Shown here: positions 30,726 through 40,987 of the stretch, piece by piece
Layout: every line of letters begins with the position of its first letter
How positions within the stretch are numbered: position 1 is the first letter of the stretch
Virus record (IMG/VR): IMGVR_UViG_3300045988_182772
Strand: one strand, 5' to 3'
Length of the DNA: 64,000 bases
From: a virus
Program-made: the position numbers and the translations under genes
The notes under the pieces: model-generated
Database searches by the model: none
Seen by the model: only the letters and a program-made list of their open reading frames with translations
Told to the model about the DNA's origin: nothing

Positions 30726-31119
30726 ATTCCCTGAGCCAACCTGTACCAAACGGGCATTCATTCACCAAGGTATGCCAGTAGATATCGTACTCAAAGCAGA
30801 CCAGCCGACAGGTAAACTCACACGCGGCGTCGTGAAGCGGATTCTCACCAACAGTCCAACACATCCACGCGGTATTAAGGTCATGCTGGAGGATGGGCAA
30901 GTCGGACGGGTCCAGCGCTTTGCCGGTCCGCAGGAATGCCGCAAGTGTAAAAACCGCATCGTTCTCCACGCTTTCTCAGACGGCTTTTGTCAGGTCTGCG
31001 GCAGACATATCACCTGCGCTGATACTCCGGCTGATGTCCTCTGTGGATACTGCGCTACCATGTCGAACCGTTGTGTGCATTGCGGAGCAGCCTTAGAGCC
31101 GGAAGACTCTATTGAGTGA
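30715..31119 (+). CDS. YwbE/DUF2196-like domain fused to a C-terminal Cys-rich zinc ribbon
   Basis: IVLKADQPTGKLTRGVVKRILTNSPTHPRGIKVMLEDGQVGRVQ matches the YwbE family. Then CRKCKN...CQVCG...CGYC...CVHCG. Confidence 0.5.
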   Translation: MTNKFPEPTCTKRAFIHQGMPVDIVLKADQPTGKLTRGVVKRILTNSPTHPRGIKVMLEDGQVGRVQRFAGPQECRKCKNRIVLHAFSDGFCQVCGRHITCADTPADVLCGYCATMSNRCVHCGAALEPEDSIE

Positions 31120-31161
31120 GACGTGCAAAGGCCGCACATGATTGAAGTTATATGGTTTGGG

Positions 31162-31205
31162 CAGACAGGTGGGACGTGTTCAGCGCCTCACCTGTCTTCT
31201 TCTAC
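31162..31205 (+). terminator. rho-independent terminator
   Basis: agacaggtg...cacctgtct followed by tcttct. Confidence 0.5.
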
Positions 31206-31211
31206 GCTAAA

Positions 31212-31240
31212 TTGACTTGTGAGATTTAAGTGGTATAATA
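31212..31240 (+). promoter_or_regulatory. promoter cassette P2 (TTGACT-N16-GTGGTATAAT)
   Basis: ttgacttgtgagatttaagtggtataat. Confidence 0.55.
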
Positions 31241-31271
31241 TATTTATAAAACAAAACTGGAGGTATGCTTA

Positions 31272-32765
31272 ATGGAAAATCTCGTGAAGCTGCTGCCTGT
31301 AATTGCAGTAGTGGCCCTTGTGGTGATTATCTTTCTTCTTGGCTATGTAAAGGCTCCGCCCGATGTGGCCTACATCATTTCCGGTATACGAAAAAGGCCC
31401 CGCGTTCTGATTGGGCGAGCGGGTATCCGAATTCCGTTTCTGGAGCGTGTAGATAAGCTCATTGTCCGGCAAATCTCCATCGACATCAAGTCGGAAGGCT
31501 ATATCCCGACCAACGACTTCATCGGCGTCGATGTGGACGCGGTTGCCAAGGTCAGAGTCAAGACGGACCCGGAAGGCATCCAACTCGCCATGAAGAACTT
31601 TCTGAATATGCGAGAAGCGGATTTCAGCTGCGCCATCGCGGATTCTCTCCAGGGCAATATGCGCGAAATCATCGGCACCATCTCTCTCAAGGAAATCTGC
31701 AATGACCGAAAGAAATTCGGTGACGAGGTACAGTCAAAAGCACAGACAGATATGAGTGCGCTCGGCATCGAAATCATCTCCTGCAATATCCAGCGTGTCA
31801 CGGACGAAAACAGCTTAATCAACTCCCTCGGTCAGGACAATATGAGCAAAATCCAGAAGGATGCTGCCATCGCCAAAGCTGAGGCGGAGCGTGACGTGGC
31901 TATCGCTCAGGCGCAGGCGGCCAAGGCGTCTAACGATGCCAAAGTCGAGTCCGAAATGCAAATCGCTCAGAAGCTGAATGACCTCTCCATCCGCAAAGCT
32001 GAACTCAAGGTTCAGGAGGATACGAAGAAGGCCGAGGCCGATGCCGCGTATACCATCCAGCAGCAGGAACAGCAGCGCTCCATTGAGACGGCTACCGTCA
32101 ATGCGCAAATCGCCAAGGCGGAACGCGAAGCGGAGCTGAAAAACAAAGAGGTCGAAGTTAAGAAGCAGTCTCTGGATGCGGAGGTCCGCGCACAGGCGGA
32201 TGCCGACCTCTACCGACGTCAGAAGGACGCGGAGGCGCAGCTTTTCGAGCGCCAACGTGAGGCGGATGCAAAGAGAGCGGAAGCCGACGCCGTAAAGTAC
32301 GCCCGCGAGCAGGAAGCTGCTGGTATTGCCGCCGTCGGTGAGGCGGAAGCCAATGTCATTCGTGCCAAGGCCGTTGCTGAAGCAGAAGGTATCGACAAGA
32401 AGGCAGAAGCTATGAAGAAATACGGCGACGCGGCCATCGTTGAGATGATTATGAACGCTTTGCCGGAAATCGCCAAGAATGTCGCTGAACCTCTCAGCAA
32501 GGTGGATAAAATCACGATGTACGGCGAAGGCAACAGCGCGAAGCTGCTGGGTGACATCATCAACGGCACCACACAGGTCACAGAGGGCCTTTCTTCCGGA
32601 ATGGGGTTGGATATTAAGTCTCTTATTGCCGGAGCCATCGGCGGCAAGCTCACGGCCCAGCAGACCTCTCCTGTCATCGTCATGGACAAGCCGGACAATA
32701 CGGCAGCTCCCACACAGCCGCAGGAACCGCCTGCCAAGAATGACGTGGACGGCAAGGCTGAATAA
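31272..32765 (+). CDS. floT: flotillin (SPFH/band-7 family, FloT/YuaG-like)
   Basis: N-terminal TM. SPFH domain. Long A/E/K/Q-rich coiled coil. 497 aa. Confidence 0.75.
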   Translation: MENLVKLLPVIAVVALVVIIFLLGYVKAPPDVAYIISGIRKRPRVLIGRAGIRIPFLERVDKLIVRQISIDIKSEGYIPTNDFIGVDVDAVAKVRVKTDPEGIQLAMKNFLNMREADFSCAIADSLQGNMREIIGTISLKEICNDRKKFGDEVQSKAQTDMSALGIEIISCNIQRVTDENSLINSLGQDNMSKIQKDAAIAKAEAERDVAIAQAQAAKASNDAKVESEMQIAQKLNDLSIRKAELKVQEDTKKAEADAAYTIQQQEQQRSIETATVNAQIAKAEREAELKNKEVEVKKQSLDAEVRAQADADLYRRQKDAEAQLFERQREADAKRAEADAVKYAREQEAAGIAAVGEAEANVIRAKAVAEAEGIDKKAEAMKKYGDAAIVEMIMNALPEIAKNVAEPLSKVDKITMYGEGNSAKLLGDIINGTTQVTEGLSSGMGLDIKSLIAGAIGGKLTAQQTSPVIVMDKPDNTAAPTQPQEPPAKNDVDGKAE

Positions 32766-32806
32766 TACATAGCTGACTGCGGCAGACCCTTCCAAACAGA
32801 AGACAT

Positions 32807-32838
32807 CACTCCCTCGACAACGGGGGAGTGATTTTTTA
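32807..32838 (+). terminator. rho-independent terminator
   Basis: cactccctcg-acaa-cgggggagtg followed by atttttt. Confidence 0.6.
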
Positions 32839-32905
32839 CCGAATGGCGGCGTATAGCCCCTGGATTTATCCATGGGGATATAAGCCGCCCGTCCTCCTTT
32901 TTTCG

Positions 32906-32935
32906 TTGATTATTTCTTGGATTTGTGGTATAATT
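32906..32935 (+). promoter_or_regulatory. promoter cassette P3 (TTGATT-N17-TGTGGTATAAT)
   Basis: ttgattatttcttggatttgtggtataat. Confidence 0.5.
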
Positions 32936-32957
32936 TTGCTGGAAACGAGGTGAGAAA

Positions 32958-34070
32958 ATGGAATATTCGTACAAATTCAGAATTTATCCGAACACTGAGC
33001 AGCAAACGCTCATCCAAAAAACTTTCGGCTGCTCTCGGTTCGTCTACAACCATTTTCTCGCCCAGCGAATTGCGGAGTACAATGCCACGGGCAAAGCCCC
33101 CACACGGTTCCAGCAGGACAAAATGCTAACCTCGTTAAAGAAAGAACTGTTGTGGCTCAAAGAAGTGGACTCCACTGCCTTGCAATCTTCTCTACAAACG
33201 CTTGATTCTGCGTATCAGAACTTCTTCCGGCGGGTAAAGAACGGTGAGAAACCTGGCTATCCCAAGTTTAAGAGCAAGAAGAACCATCGGAAGTCCTACA
33301 AAAGCAAGTGTGTCGGGACGAACATCAAAGTAGTTGGGAAGTGTGTCCAACTCCCGAAACTCGGCCTTGTGAAGTGCCGTGTTTCAAAAGAAGTCAGGGG
33401 CCGTATCTTGTCCGCCACCATCAGTCAGAACCCGTCCGGCAAATACTTTGCGGCCCTGTGCTGTGCCGATGTGGACATTGAACCTCTGCCCTCTACCGGG
33501 GCGGTGGTCGGCCTCGACATGGGCTTGAAGTCATTCGCAATCACCTCCGATGGGGTTGAGTACAAGAACCACCGCTACCTCCGCAAGAGCCAGAAGAAAC
33601 TTGCCCGTCTCCAGCGGCAGCTCTCCCGAAAATCAAAGGGGAGCAATCGCAGAGAGAAAGCACGGGTCAAAGTAGCGAGGCTCCACGAGAAGGTAACGAA
33701 CCAGCGGAACGATACCCTGCACAAGCTGTCCACCTCGCTTGTTCGGGACTATGACCTGATCTCCGTGGAGGACTTAGCATCCAAGAACATGGTGCGAAAC
33801 CACAAGTTGGCCCGGTCAATCTCGGACGCTTCCTGGGGCGAGTTCCGGCGGCAGTTGGAATACAAGGCGGCGTGGTACGGCAAGCGGGTGGTCACAGTTG
33901 ACCGCTTCTATCCTTCCAGCCAGCTATGCTCCTGCTGCGGCGCACAGTGGCCCGGCACAAAGGATTTGGACGTCCGGGAGTGGACTTGCCCGGTATGCGG
34001 CACGGTGCATGACCGTGACCACAACGCCGCTGTAAACATTCTTAACGAAGGTCTACGTCTCTTGGCGTGA
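32958..34070 (+). CDS. tnpB: TnpB (IS605 OrfB family RNA-guided endonuclease)
   Basis: RuvC-like motifs. C-terminal zinc finger [10 protein letters not shown]...[18 protein letters not shown]. 370 aa. Confidence 0.85.
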   Translation: MEYSYKFRIYPNTEQQTLIQKTFGCSRFVYNHFLAQRIAEYNATGKAPTRFQQDKMLTSLKKELLWLKEVDSTALQSSLQTLDSAYQNFFRRVKNGEKPGYPKFKSKKNHRKSYKSKCVGTNIKVVGKCVQLPKLGLVKCRVSKEVRGRILSATISQNPSGKYFAALCCADVDIEPLPSTGAVVGLDMGLKSFAITSDGVEYKNHRYLRKSQKKLARLQRQLSRKSKGSNRREKARVKVARLHEKVTNQRNDTLHKLSTSLVRDYDLISVEDLASKNMVRNHKLARSISDASWGEFRRQLEYKAAWYGKRVVTVDRFYPSSQLCSCCGAQWPGTKDLDVREWTCPVCGTVHDRDHNAAVNILNEGLRLLA

Positions 34071-34190
34071 CCGATACATGGTAGGGCGGGACACGCCCGA
34101 ACCCATACGCTCAGGGAGACTATGTAAGACCTCGCAGGTGCAGGCAGCAGTCGCTGAACTGAGAATCCCCTGCCTTTAGGCATGGGGAGT
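34071..34190 (+). ncRNA. candidate TnpB right-end guide RNA (reRNA/omegaRNA) region
   Basis: GC-rich structured sequence directly 3' of tnpB (ggtagggcgggacacgcccgaaccc...). Confidence 0.35.
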
Positions 34191-34569
34191 GTCAATGAGG
34201 AGGAACTCTATGTTGAATGTAAAAACGCTGAAGGTCGTAGCTTTGCTTAACGAACTTGCGGAGAAGGAAAAGAACGGTATTAGGGAATTCAAAAACGCCG
34301 ACGAAGACAACAGAGAGACTTTCCTTTTCTACGATGCCGCGTGCTGTACGCGGCGGAAGGATGGAGCGTTGCTCTACAAGGTGCCGCGCGATATGTGCAT
34401 CATCGACGAGAAAGCGAATAAGCATCACGATATCATCTCCTACTATGGAGACGACGACTACGATGTGGTGGTCGTAGATAATGGCGAAGGAGAGCTTTTT
34501 TTGGAGGTGCATTTCGCCGCCGAGGAAGAGTTCGTTGAATTCAGCAATGGGGAGTGGTACTTCGCGTGA
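34189..34569 (+). CDS. small acidic hypothetical protein
   Basis: ORF. Start may be at the internal Met (34210). Confidence 0.3.
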   Translation: MSMRRNSMLNVKTLKVVALLNELAEKEKNGIREFKNADEDNRETFLFYDAACCTRRKDGALLYKVPRDMCIIDEKANKHHDIISYYGDDDYDVVVVDNGEGELFLEVHFAAEEEFVEFSNGEWYFA

Positions 34570-34601
34570 ATCACGCGAAGGCCGTTTCCATACGCATTAA
34601 A

Positions 34602-34632
34602 TTGACTTTTAAGCTAATGTGTGGTATAATAT
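34602..34632 (+). promoter_or_regulatory. promoter cassette P4
   Basis: ttgacttttaagctaatgtgtggtataatataagcataaag. Confidence 0.55.
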
Positions 34633-34665
34633 AAGCATAAAGTAAACGGAGGATGTGATTTTCCA

Positions 34666-35346
34666 GTGATGTGGAGCGATGTAATCCCACAGGATGTACA
34701 GGCGCTTGGAGCTGAGCTTGCCAAGCGGGCTGCCAGTGAGCGCGAAGCGGGTCGCACAATATACCCGCCGCAGGAGCAGATATTCCGTGCGTTGGAGCTT
34801 ACCACGCCGGAGAAGGTGAAGGTATGCCTTGTCGGGCAAGACCCATATCACGAGGCGGGGCAGGCGAACGGGCTGTGCTTTTCAGTAAACCGTGGTGTGC
34901 TTTTTCCACCGTCGCTCAAAAACGTCTTCAAGGAACTGGTCAGTGACATTGGTTGTCCGTATCCGAAAAGTGGAGACCTGACTCACTGGGCGGAACAAGG
35001 CGTACTCATGCTCAATACCGTACTTACAGTACAGGATGGGACCGCAAACAGCCATAGAAACTGGGGGTGGCAGAATTTCACGCAGGCGGTATTCGCGGCG
35101 TGTGCGAAGCTGCCGCAGCCGATTGTGTTCATCACATGGGGCGGACAGGCAAGAGCCTTTCTTGCCGGAATTCCAATTTCACAACTGCCTGATAAGGGTG
35201 TGGTATTTTCAAGTCATCCAAGTCCCCTTGGGGCGCGAAAAGGAAACGATGTAGTAAAAGCATTCATCGGCAGCAGACCTTTTTCTCAAACTAACAGATT
35301 GTTGGAACAGATGGGAAGCACACCAATTCACTGGGAACTTCCATAG
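34666..35346 (+). CDS. ung: uracil-DNA glycosylase (family 1 UNG)
   Basis: GQDPYH motif. ...HPSPLGARKG. 226 aa. Confidence 0.85.
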   Translation: MMWSDVIPQDVQALGAELAKRAASEREAGRTIYPPQEQIFRALELTTPEKVKVCLVGQDPYHEAGQANGLCFSVNRGVLFPPSLKNVFKELVSDIGCPYPKSGDLTHWAEQGVLMLNTVLTVQDGTANSHRNWGWQNFTQAVFAACAKLPQPIVFITWGGQARAFLAGIPISQLPDKGVVFSSHPSPLGARKGNDVVKAFIGSRPFSQTNRLLEQMGSTPIHWELP

Positions 35347-35366
35347 CCGGACAGGAGGATATCATT

Positions 35367-35897
35367 TTGAACTTTCCGATTATCATGTCCCTTTGGCTTA
35401 TGCGGCAGGGGTTTGATGACGATACAGATACGGACATGACAAACGCCAGCGCACTCGAATCAGCTGCATTTGCGCTTTGCTGTATTGTCGCGGCCGCGAT
35501 TTTGTGCGTTGTATCGGCCTTCGCGTGGGATTTACTTTCAGACTTTCACTTTTTTCTGAATGATTCTATGGCACTTCTTGCGGCGTATATTATCTTTCTC
35601 TTTGTTTCCGTTATTGGAAGCATTGGCTTCGGCGTTTGCGCGGTTTGTGAACTCGTGCATCTCTACCGAGTGCAAACCCCTGAGAGGAAGGTAATTGTGC
35701 AGAGGGTTTTATTTCTGCTTGCGGCTGTGGCTGCACTCATTTGCATTACAGTTTGTGGCAGCAAAGAATCAAATAAAACGGAACCAGACACTCTCACGTT
35801 TCAGGCAGGAGCGCCAATTATTATTTCGAGTGAGGGAGCCTATTCCGTCATTGAGTGCTCAGACGGAGAAATCATCATAAGAAAAGTGGCTGATTAA
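35367..35897 (+). CDS. hypothetical membrane protein
   Basis: Four hydrophobic helices. Confidence 0.4.
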   Translation: MNFPIIMSLWLMRQGFDDDTDTDMTNASALESAAFALCCIVAAAILCVVSAFAWDLLSDFHFFLNDSMALLAAYIIFLFVSVIGSIGFGVCAVCELVHLYRVQTPERKVIVQRVLFLLAAVAALICITVCGSKESNKTEPDTLTFQAGAPIIISSEGAYSVIECSDGEIIIRKVAD

Positions 35898-35923
35898 CTT
35901 TCCACGAAGAGGAGAACGATACT

Positions 35924-36367
35924 ATGCAGGACAAACTCTGGCTCTCTACCATTAGTGTCGGGCGCGAACTCGTGCTCATACCGTATGGCAATTTTGCAAG
36001 GACCGCTGGCGTCAGAACGCCCATCACAAGAGCTGTCACCAAGGTCGGCAAGAAGTATTTCTACATCGGCAACGACGCCTTCAGCCGCAAGACTGGTGAA
36101 TACATCGACCGGAATGAATGCAATGGCGGCTATGTGCTCTATCCGGATATGGCAGCCTATGAGGAAGCGGTTCGCACCGCAGACGAGCGCTCTGCCATCA
36201 AGAAAATCGTTGATGCTGATTTTTACGGATACGACCCATTCAGTTGCTGGCGAACATACACTGTCTCGGATGCGGCTGTCCATGAGATATACCGCATTCT
36301 GGTTGAGTGCGGTGCTATCAAAACCAGTACGGAGGAGGGAAAGCCTGATGGCAAAAGCGCAGAATAG
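35924..36367 (+). CDS. hypothetical protein (147 aa)
   Basis: RBS gaggag. Confidence 0.4.
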   Translation: MQDKLWLSTISVGRELVLIPYGNFARTAGVRTPITRAVTKVGKKYFYIGNDAFSRKTGEYIDRNECNGGYVLYPDMAAYEEAVRTADERSAIKKIVDADFYGYDPFSCWRTYTVSDAAVHEIYRILVECGAIKTSTEEGKPDGKSAE

Positions 36368-36560
36368 TCTTCCTCCGGAGGAGACACGATACCCTGGTGT
36401 GTCCATCACCGCACGGGACGGAGCACACTATGCCATCACACAGAGGCGTGACAATGGCCATACACCAACCTTCACGCTCTGGAGCGTTAGCGAGGACGGC
36501 GGCTACGCCAAACTCAAAAGCAGCACAGACTACGACGCCTTGGGTAGTCTGATTTTCTGA
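36348..36560 (+). CDS. small hypothetical protein
   Basis: In-frame ATG within track ORF 35955..36560, after a gaggaggga RBS. Confidence 0.3.
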   Translation: MAKAQNSLPPEETRYPGVSITARDGAHYAITQRRDNGHTPTFTLWSVSEDGGYAKLKSSTDYDALGSLIF

Positions 36561-36580
36561 AGCACAGGGAGGGACCGACC

Positions 36581-38800
36581 ATGCAGGAACCTATTTACAA
36601 CAACGGCACCGTAAAGGTGGCGAAGGAGGGCGTGAGCGCCTATTTGGCGTGGTATCGCACTCTCTCCATGGCTGACGCAAAAGAGATTTCCGACGTCTGT
36701 TCAAGACTAACGAAAGAGGCGGCAAAGAACGCGGGCGTTGACCTCTACGATATTGGCCGCAACACCTTCAGCTTTTTCGGCCATCAGACGGAAGAAAATT
36801 GGGAAAAGCAGAGAGCATCGGTTTCCGAAAAGATGCTTCAGTTCTTCCACTTCGCGGAGGAGTTTGAACAGCCTATCCGCGCAGCTCTCTGGTCGAAGGA
36901 AGCAGCGTTTTTATACATCGGCAATCCGCAGAAGGGCATCATTGTCATGGAGCCTGAGAAGTACATGACCTATACGCCGGACAGAGACTACTCCGACCTG
37001 ACGCCTGCACAGGCGATGGCGGAGCTTGGCTCGGCGGCCGTCTGCGATATGAGCATCATTCCGGTGGGTGCGGGAACCGCGCTGTCTCAGAAAACGGTCA
37101 AGGAACAGCTTAGCACTCACCAGGCCGAAATTGAGAAGCTGAAAAGTGAGATGAAGGATGTCGAAGGCGCAAAGACCGGCGAACTTGCAGAACTGACAGC
37201 GCAAATTGAGGCCCTCAAGCAGGAGCTTTGGCAGAAGAAAGATAAGCTCATGGCGGAACTGAATCGCAAAATGGAGGAGATGGAAGAGAAAAAGGAACAG
37301 CTGGAGGGACAAATCTACCTGCTGGACTCCCAAATCTATGCCATCCGCTGTTATGCCGGAGAAGTCGTCAATTTCACCCGCATCCGCTCCGGCAAGAACG
37401 CGCCGGACACGGAGCCTATCGTCGTGCATCAGAAACTTCGCTTCCTCGACGAGGATTTAGGGAGGCTCGCGTCCCTGTATGAAATTCAGTGGAATGAGCT
37501 GGATATGTTTGAGAGCTTCCTCAAGCACTCTCCATACGCGCTGGACACCTTCGCACCGAACGAACGCTGCATCATGCTCGTGCGCCTCAGCCGCACCGGA
37601 AAATCCATCGGACGCGCAATGGACAATGAGGGCAGACCGTACCACAATATGCTCGACCGCTACGACTACTACCACGGCAAGACCGTTGGCATTATCATCC
37701 GAAACGGTGAAAATCTCTACCTTGGCTGGACGGATGAAAACCGCGTCCATATCAGTGACGACCTGATTCTCACCAGAGCGCAGGTCGTTACAGAGACTGT
37801 GCCGGAGGAACCGAAGAAATTCGTCTTTGAGTCAGAGCGTAGACAGTATGTGAAAGAGCAGAGAGAACAGCGCAAGCGAATTCTGGACGGCCTTGTATCC
37901 CGCACCTTCGTCTACAACATCCTGCAAGGCGTCGTGGACCACTCCGCACTGCTCCCGCTGCCGAAGGGCGTTACGCTTGCCAAACAGTCGGAGTATGTCA
38001 TCTTCTCCGTTGCGGATAAGTGGATTTCAGACAATAAGTACGGCTCCTTTACGGATATCATCGCTCGATGCAATCAGAAAGTCCAACAGGGAGATATGCT
38101 GCTTACGACACAGCATCTTGTTCCTGAAACGGACAGCCCCACTATCTATCCGCGAGCATGGGAGAATGTGCGTGGACGCGGCGAGCGTAATCGCACACAT
38201 GACTGTGCTGTGGATGATTGTGCGCTATATAAAGCGAATCTGGTCGAATATGACCCGCCGATTGAGATGGTGGAATTTGAACGCCCAAATGCGATGTTCA
38301 AAGGTACGGCAAAAGCGAAATACTTCGAGCCGCAAGAGGGCGAAATCATTCTCCGGCACTATCAGACAGAGCCGGAGCGCCATGTGTTCGTGTCTGCTGA
38401 AAAGAGCGGCAACTGGAATTGGAACCGTACAAGCGCCGCAAAGGCCCGTGCGAACTTCGAGCTATACGATGGCGAGTATATCAACCTGACTTACCTCAAT
38501 TCGGTCTGGCTGGAATATGTGGTCACAAACAAGTCTCTCGGTGACTGGCGCATCGGCGGCATTGCCGTGGACTATGCCTACGCCATCCGCTACCTCAAGA
38601 CGGCTCTTGACCATATCCGTAAGAGGGAAGAGGGGGAGAAAGCCCTTCTGGATGCTATCGACCCAAGCATCTGTCAGGATGCGGAATGGCCGGTGAAGCT
38701 GTCTGAGTGGAAGCTGCGCGCCGGTGTCCGAACCATTACGAAATACCAGGCCAAACGCTTCGCGGCGGCGCTTGGAAAGGAGGCGCAGACGCATGGTTAA
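36581..38800 (+). CDS. large hypothetical protein with a coiled-coil segment (739 aa)
   Basis: EIEKLKSEMKDVEGAKTGELAELTAQIEALKQELWQKKDKLMAELNRKMEEMEEKKEQLE. No NTPase motif. Confidence 0.45.
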   Translation: MQEPIYNNGTVKVAKEGVSAYLAWYRTLSMADAKEISDVCSRLTKEAAKNAGVDLYDIGRNTFSFFGHQTEENWEKQRASVSEKMLQFFHFAEEFEQPIRAALWSKEAAFLYIGNPQKGIIVMEPEKYMTYTPDRDYSDLTPAQAMAELGSAAVCDMSIIPVGAGTALSQKTVKEQLSTHQAEIEKLKSEMKDVEGAKTGELAELTAQIEALKQELWQKKDKLMAELNRKMEEMEEKKEQLEGQIYLLDSQIYAIRCYAGEVVNFTRIRSGKNAPDTEPIVVHQKLRFLDEDLGRLASLYEIQWNELDMFESFLKHSPYALDTFAPNERCIMLVRLSRTGKSIGRAMDNEGRPYHNMLDRYDYYHGKTVGIIIRNGENLYLGWTDENRVHISDDLILTRAQVVTETVPEEPKKFVFESERRQYVKEQREQRKRILDGLVSRTFVYNILQGVVDHSALLPLPKGVTLAKQSEYVIFSVADKWISDNKYGSFTDIIARCNQKVQQGDMLLTTQHLVPETDSPTIYPRAWENVRGRGERNRTHDCAVDDCALYKANLVEYDPPIEMVEFERPNAMFKGTAKAKYFEPQEGEIILRHYQTEPERHVFVSAEKSGNWNWNRTSAAKARANFELYDGEYINLTYLNSVWLEYVVTNKSLGDWRIGGIAVDYAYAIRYLKTALDHIRKREEGEKALLDAIDPSICQDAEWPVKLSEWKLRAGVRTITKYQAKRFAAALGKEAQTHG

Positions 38801-38990
38801 TTCTCCTTGTCTCGACTGTCCTGACCGCGCTCCCGGCTGCCATAACCCGGATATATGCTCTGCGTGGGCGGAGTTTCAGACGGCGCTGGCTGCCGATAAG
38901 AAGCTGATGGAAGACGACAGGAAAATCCGAAACACACTCGACGTCTATAAAGTCGCCGTACTAAAACGTCAAAAGCGGGCTATGCGTTGA
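38793..38990 (+). CDS. small Cys-rich protein
   Basis: ATGGTTAA start/stop overlap with the upstream gene. CLDCPDRAPGCHNPDIC. Confidence 0.3.
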   Translation: MVNSPCLDCPDRAPGCHNPDICSAWAEFQTALAADKKLMEDDRKIRNTLDVYKVAVLKRQKRAMR

Positions 38991-39057
38991 CGCAATGCGC
39001 GGCGTTAATGCCGAGTGCTCCCGTTGCTGGAGCGCTTAGACTATATATATCTACTTT

Positions 39058-39090
39058 ATTGACAAGTAAGGTTAAGTGTGGTATAATAAA
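39058..39090 (+). promoter_or_regulatory. promoter cassette P5
   Basis: ttgacaagtaaggttaagtgtggtataataaagcataaac. Confidence 0.55.
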
Positions 39091-39116
39091 GCATAAACTT
39101 AGAGGGGGTCGCGAAA

Positions 39117-40985
39117 TTGGATTACCACGCTTTTTGTCAAAAATTCAATATTCGCGGCCTCAACGAACAGCAGGAAGCCGCTGTCCGGCGGGTAAATGGA
39201 GCAACGCTGCTCCTTGCTGTGCCGGGAAGCGGAAAAACGACTGTCATCGTAGCGAGGACTGGCTATCTCATGTATGTCGCAGGCGTACAGCCGGAGAATA
39301 TCCTGACCATCACATACACCCGTGCGGCGGCGAAGGAGATGAAAGAGCGCTTCGCAAAGAAGTTTGCGCCGGAACGGATGCCGGCATTCTCCACCATCAA
39401 CAGCTTCTGCCTGTCCGTCATCAATACCTGCGTGAAAGAAAAGTATATCCATGTGCCAAAGCTGGTGCCGAACAATGAGAGCATCATCCGCGCCATCGCA
39501 GCGAAGATGCTCCCGGAGTACCCCAGCGACTCGCAGGTACGGTCACTGGCGCAGAAGGTGTGCAAAGTAAAGAACAAGCTCATGACCTTGCAGGAAATCG
39601 AGGCCATTGAGGAAAACAGCCTTGAGTTCCCCGTGTTTTATCAGGCGTACAAGCTGTATATGAGCGAACACGACCTGATGGATTTTGATGACCAACTGCT
39701 CATGGCTAATGATTTGCTGGATGAATACCCGGACATCTTACAGCGGGCGCATGAGAAGTTCCGCTATGTGAGCGTGGACGAGGCGCAGGACACCTCGTAT
39801 GTCCAGCACCTTATTGTCCGGAAGCTGGTTGGCCGGAACGGCAATATCTTCATGGTCGGAGACGAAGACCAGAGCATCTACGGCTTCCGGGGCGCGTATC
39901 CTGCTGCATTGCTGGACTTCCAGAGCAACTATAACGAACCCTGTATCCTGCGTATGGAGACCAATTACCGCAGCGACAGGAACATCGTCTTAGCGGCCAA
40001 TCAGTTCATTAAACGGAATACGAGGCGACTCGACAAGAATATGCGTGCCCAGTCTCAAAAGGACGGAGCCATCGTCGTGACCTGCATCGACCGCATGGAA
40101 CAGCAGGCAGAGCTTCTGCTGGAGCGCATCCGGAATCAGAAGCCGGATGAATCTCTGGCAATTCTGTATCGGAATAACGACTCTGCTATCCCACTTATCA
40201 ATCTGCTCCAGATGAACGGCATTCAGGTTCAAACCAGAGATGCGACGAAGACCTTCATGACAAACTACGTCATTCGGGACCTGCTCGACTTTATGCTCCT
40301 GGCCCTGAACCCTGCTGACACCACCGCTTTTGGGCATCTGTACTACAAAATGGGACTTTACATGAAGGGTGTCACCGCCAAGCGCATTATCGAGGCGGTT
40401 GAAGAAGGGGAGTGCCGGAACGTATTCAGCGCCGCGATGAAATTCGCGGGCGGCAAGGGAGACACATGGAAAATAGGATGCCTGCCGAGGGACTTTTCAG
40501 ACATTGCGAAGAAGAAGCCCGTCGAGGCTATCGACTACATTCTGTTCGTGCTCGACTATTGGAACAACTGGCTGACGAAGAAAATTGACGCCGGTGCTTC
40601 CGAGCAGTTTATCCGCCTGCGTATCAGCATTTTGAAGATGGTAGCGGAGAAGTATTCGACCATTCCGGACTTTCTTGCCGCACTCAAAAACATCACGGAA
40701 TATAAGGGCTGCGAGGATTCCAATGTGACCGTTACCACCATCCATTCCAGTAAAGGTCTGGAGTTCGATAAGGTCATCTTAATCGACATGGTATCTGGCA
40801 TCATTCCCGGTGACAGCGACGACCGCGACGCGGAGGATGACGAAGAGGATGCACGAGCATTCTACGTCGGAGCGACGCGGGCGCGGCACGAACTGGAAAT
40901 CATCACCTGCCGAAAGATGTACGAAGAAAAACTGGAAGTATCTGAATTTGTGCCGCGCCTGCTGGCGGCGGGGAAAGGAGACTGA
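39117..40985 (+). CDS. UvrD/PcrA/Rep-family SF1 DNA helicase
   Basis: Walker A AVPGSGKTTV. DEAQD box (VDEAQDTS). Motif III GDEDQSIYGFRGA. Motif VI VGATRARHEL. Confidence 0.85.
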   Translation: MDYHAFCQKFNIRGLNEQQEAAVRRVNGATLLLAVPGSGKTTVIVARTGYLMYVAGVQPENILTITYTRAAAKEMKERFAKKFAPERMPAFSTINSFCLSVINTCVKEKYIHVPKLVPNNESIIRAIAAKMLPEYPSDSQVRSLAQKVCKVKNKLMTLQEIEAIEENSLEFPVFYQAYKLYMSEHDLMDFDDQLLMANDLLDEYPDILQRAHEKFRYVSVDEAQDTSYVQHLIVRKLVGRNGNIFMVGDEDQSIYGFRGAYPAALLDFQSNYNEPCILRMETNYRSDRNIVLAANQFIKRNTRRLDKNMRAQSQKDGAIVVTCIDRMEQQAELLLERIRNQKPDESLAILYRNNDSAIPLINLLQMNGIQVQTRDATKTFMTNYVIRDLLDFMLLALNPADTTAFGHLYYKMGLYMKGVTAKRIIEAVEEGECRNVFSAAMKFAGGKGDTWKIGCLPRDFSDIAKKKPVEAIDYILFVLDYWNNWLTKKIDAGASEQFIRLRISILKMVAEKYSTIPDFLAALKNITEYKGCEDSNVTVTTIHSSKGLEFDKVILIDMVSGIIPGDSDDRDAEDDEEDARAFYVGATRARHELEIITCRKMYEEKLEVSEFVPRLLAAGKGD

Positions 40986-40987
40986 AA

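Larger units (their letters stand above)
32840..34190 (+). mobile_element. IS200/IS605-family element carrying only tnpB (IS1341-like, no tnpA). Ends are approximate.
   Basis: TnpB ORF with own promoter ttgatt-N17-tggtataat. Structured ~120-nt tail after the stop. Confidence 0.55.
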
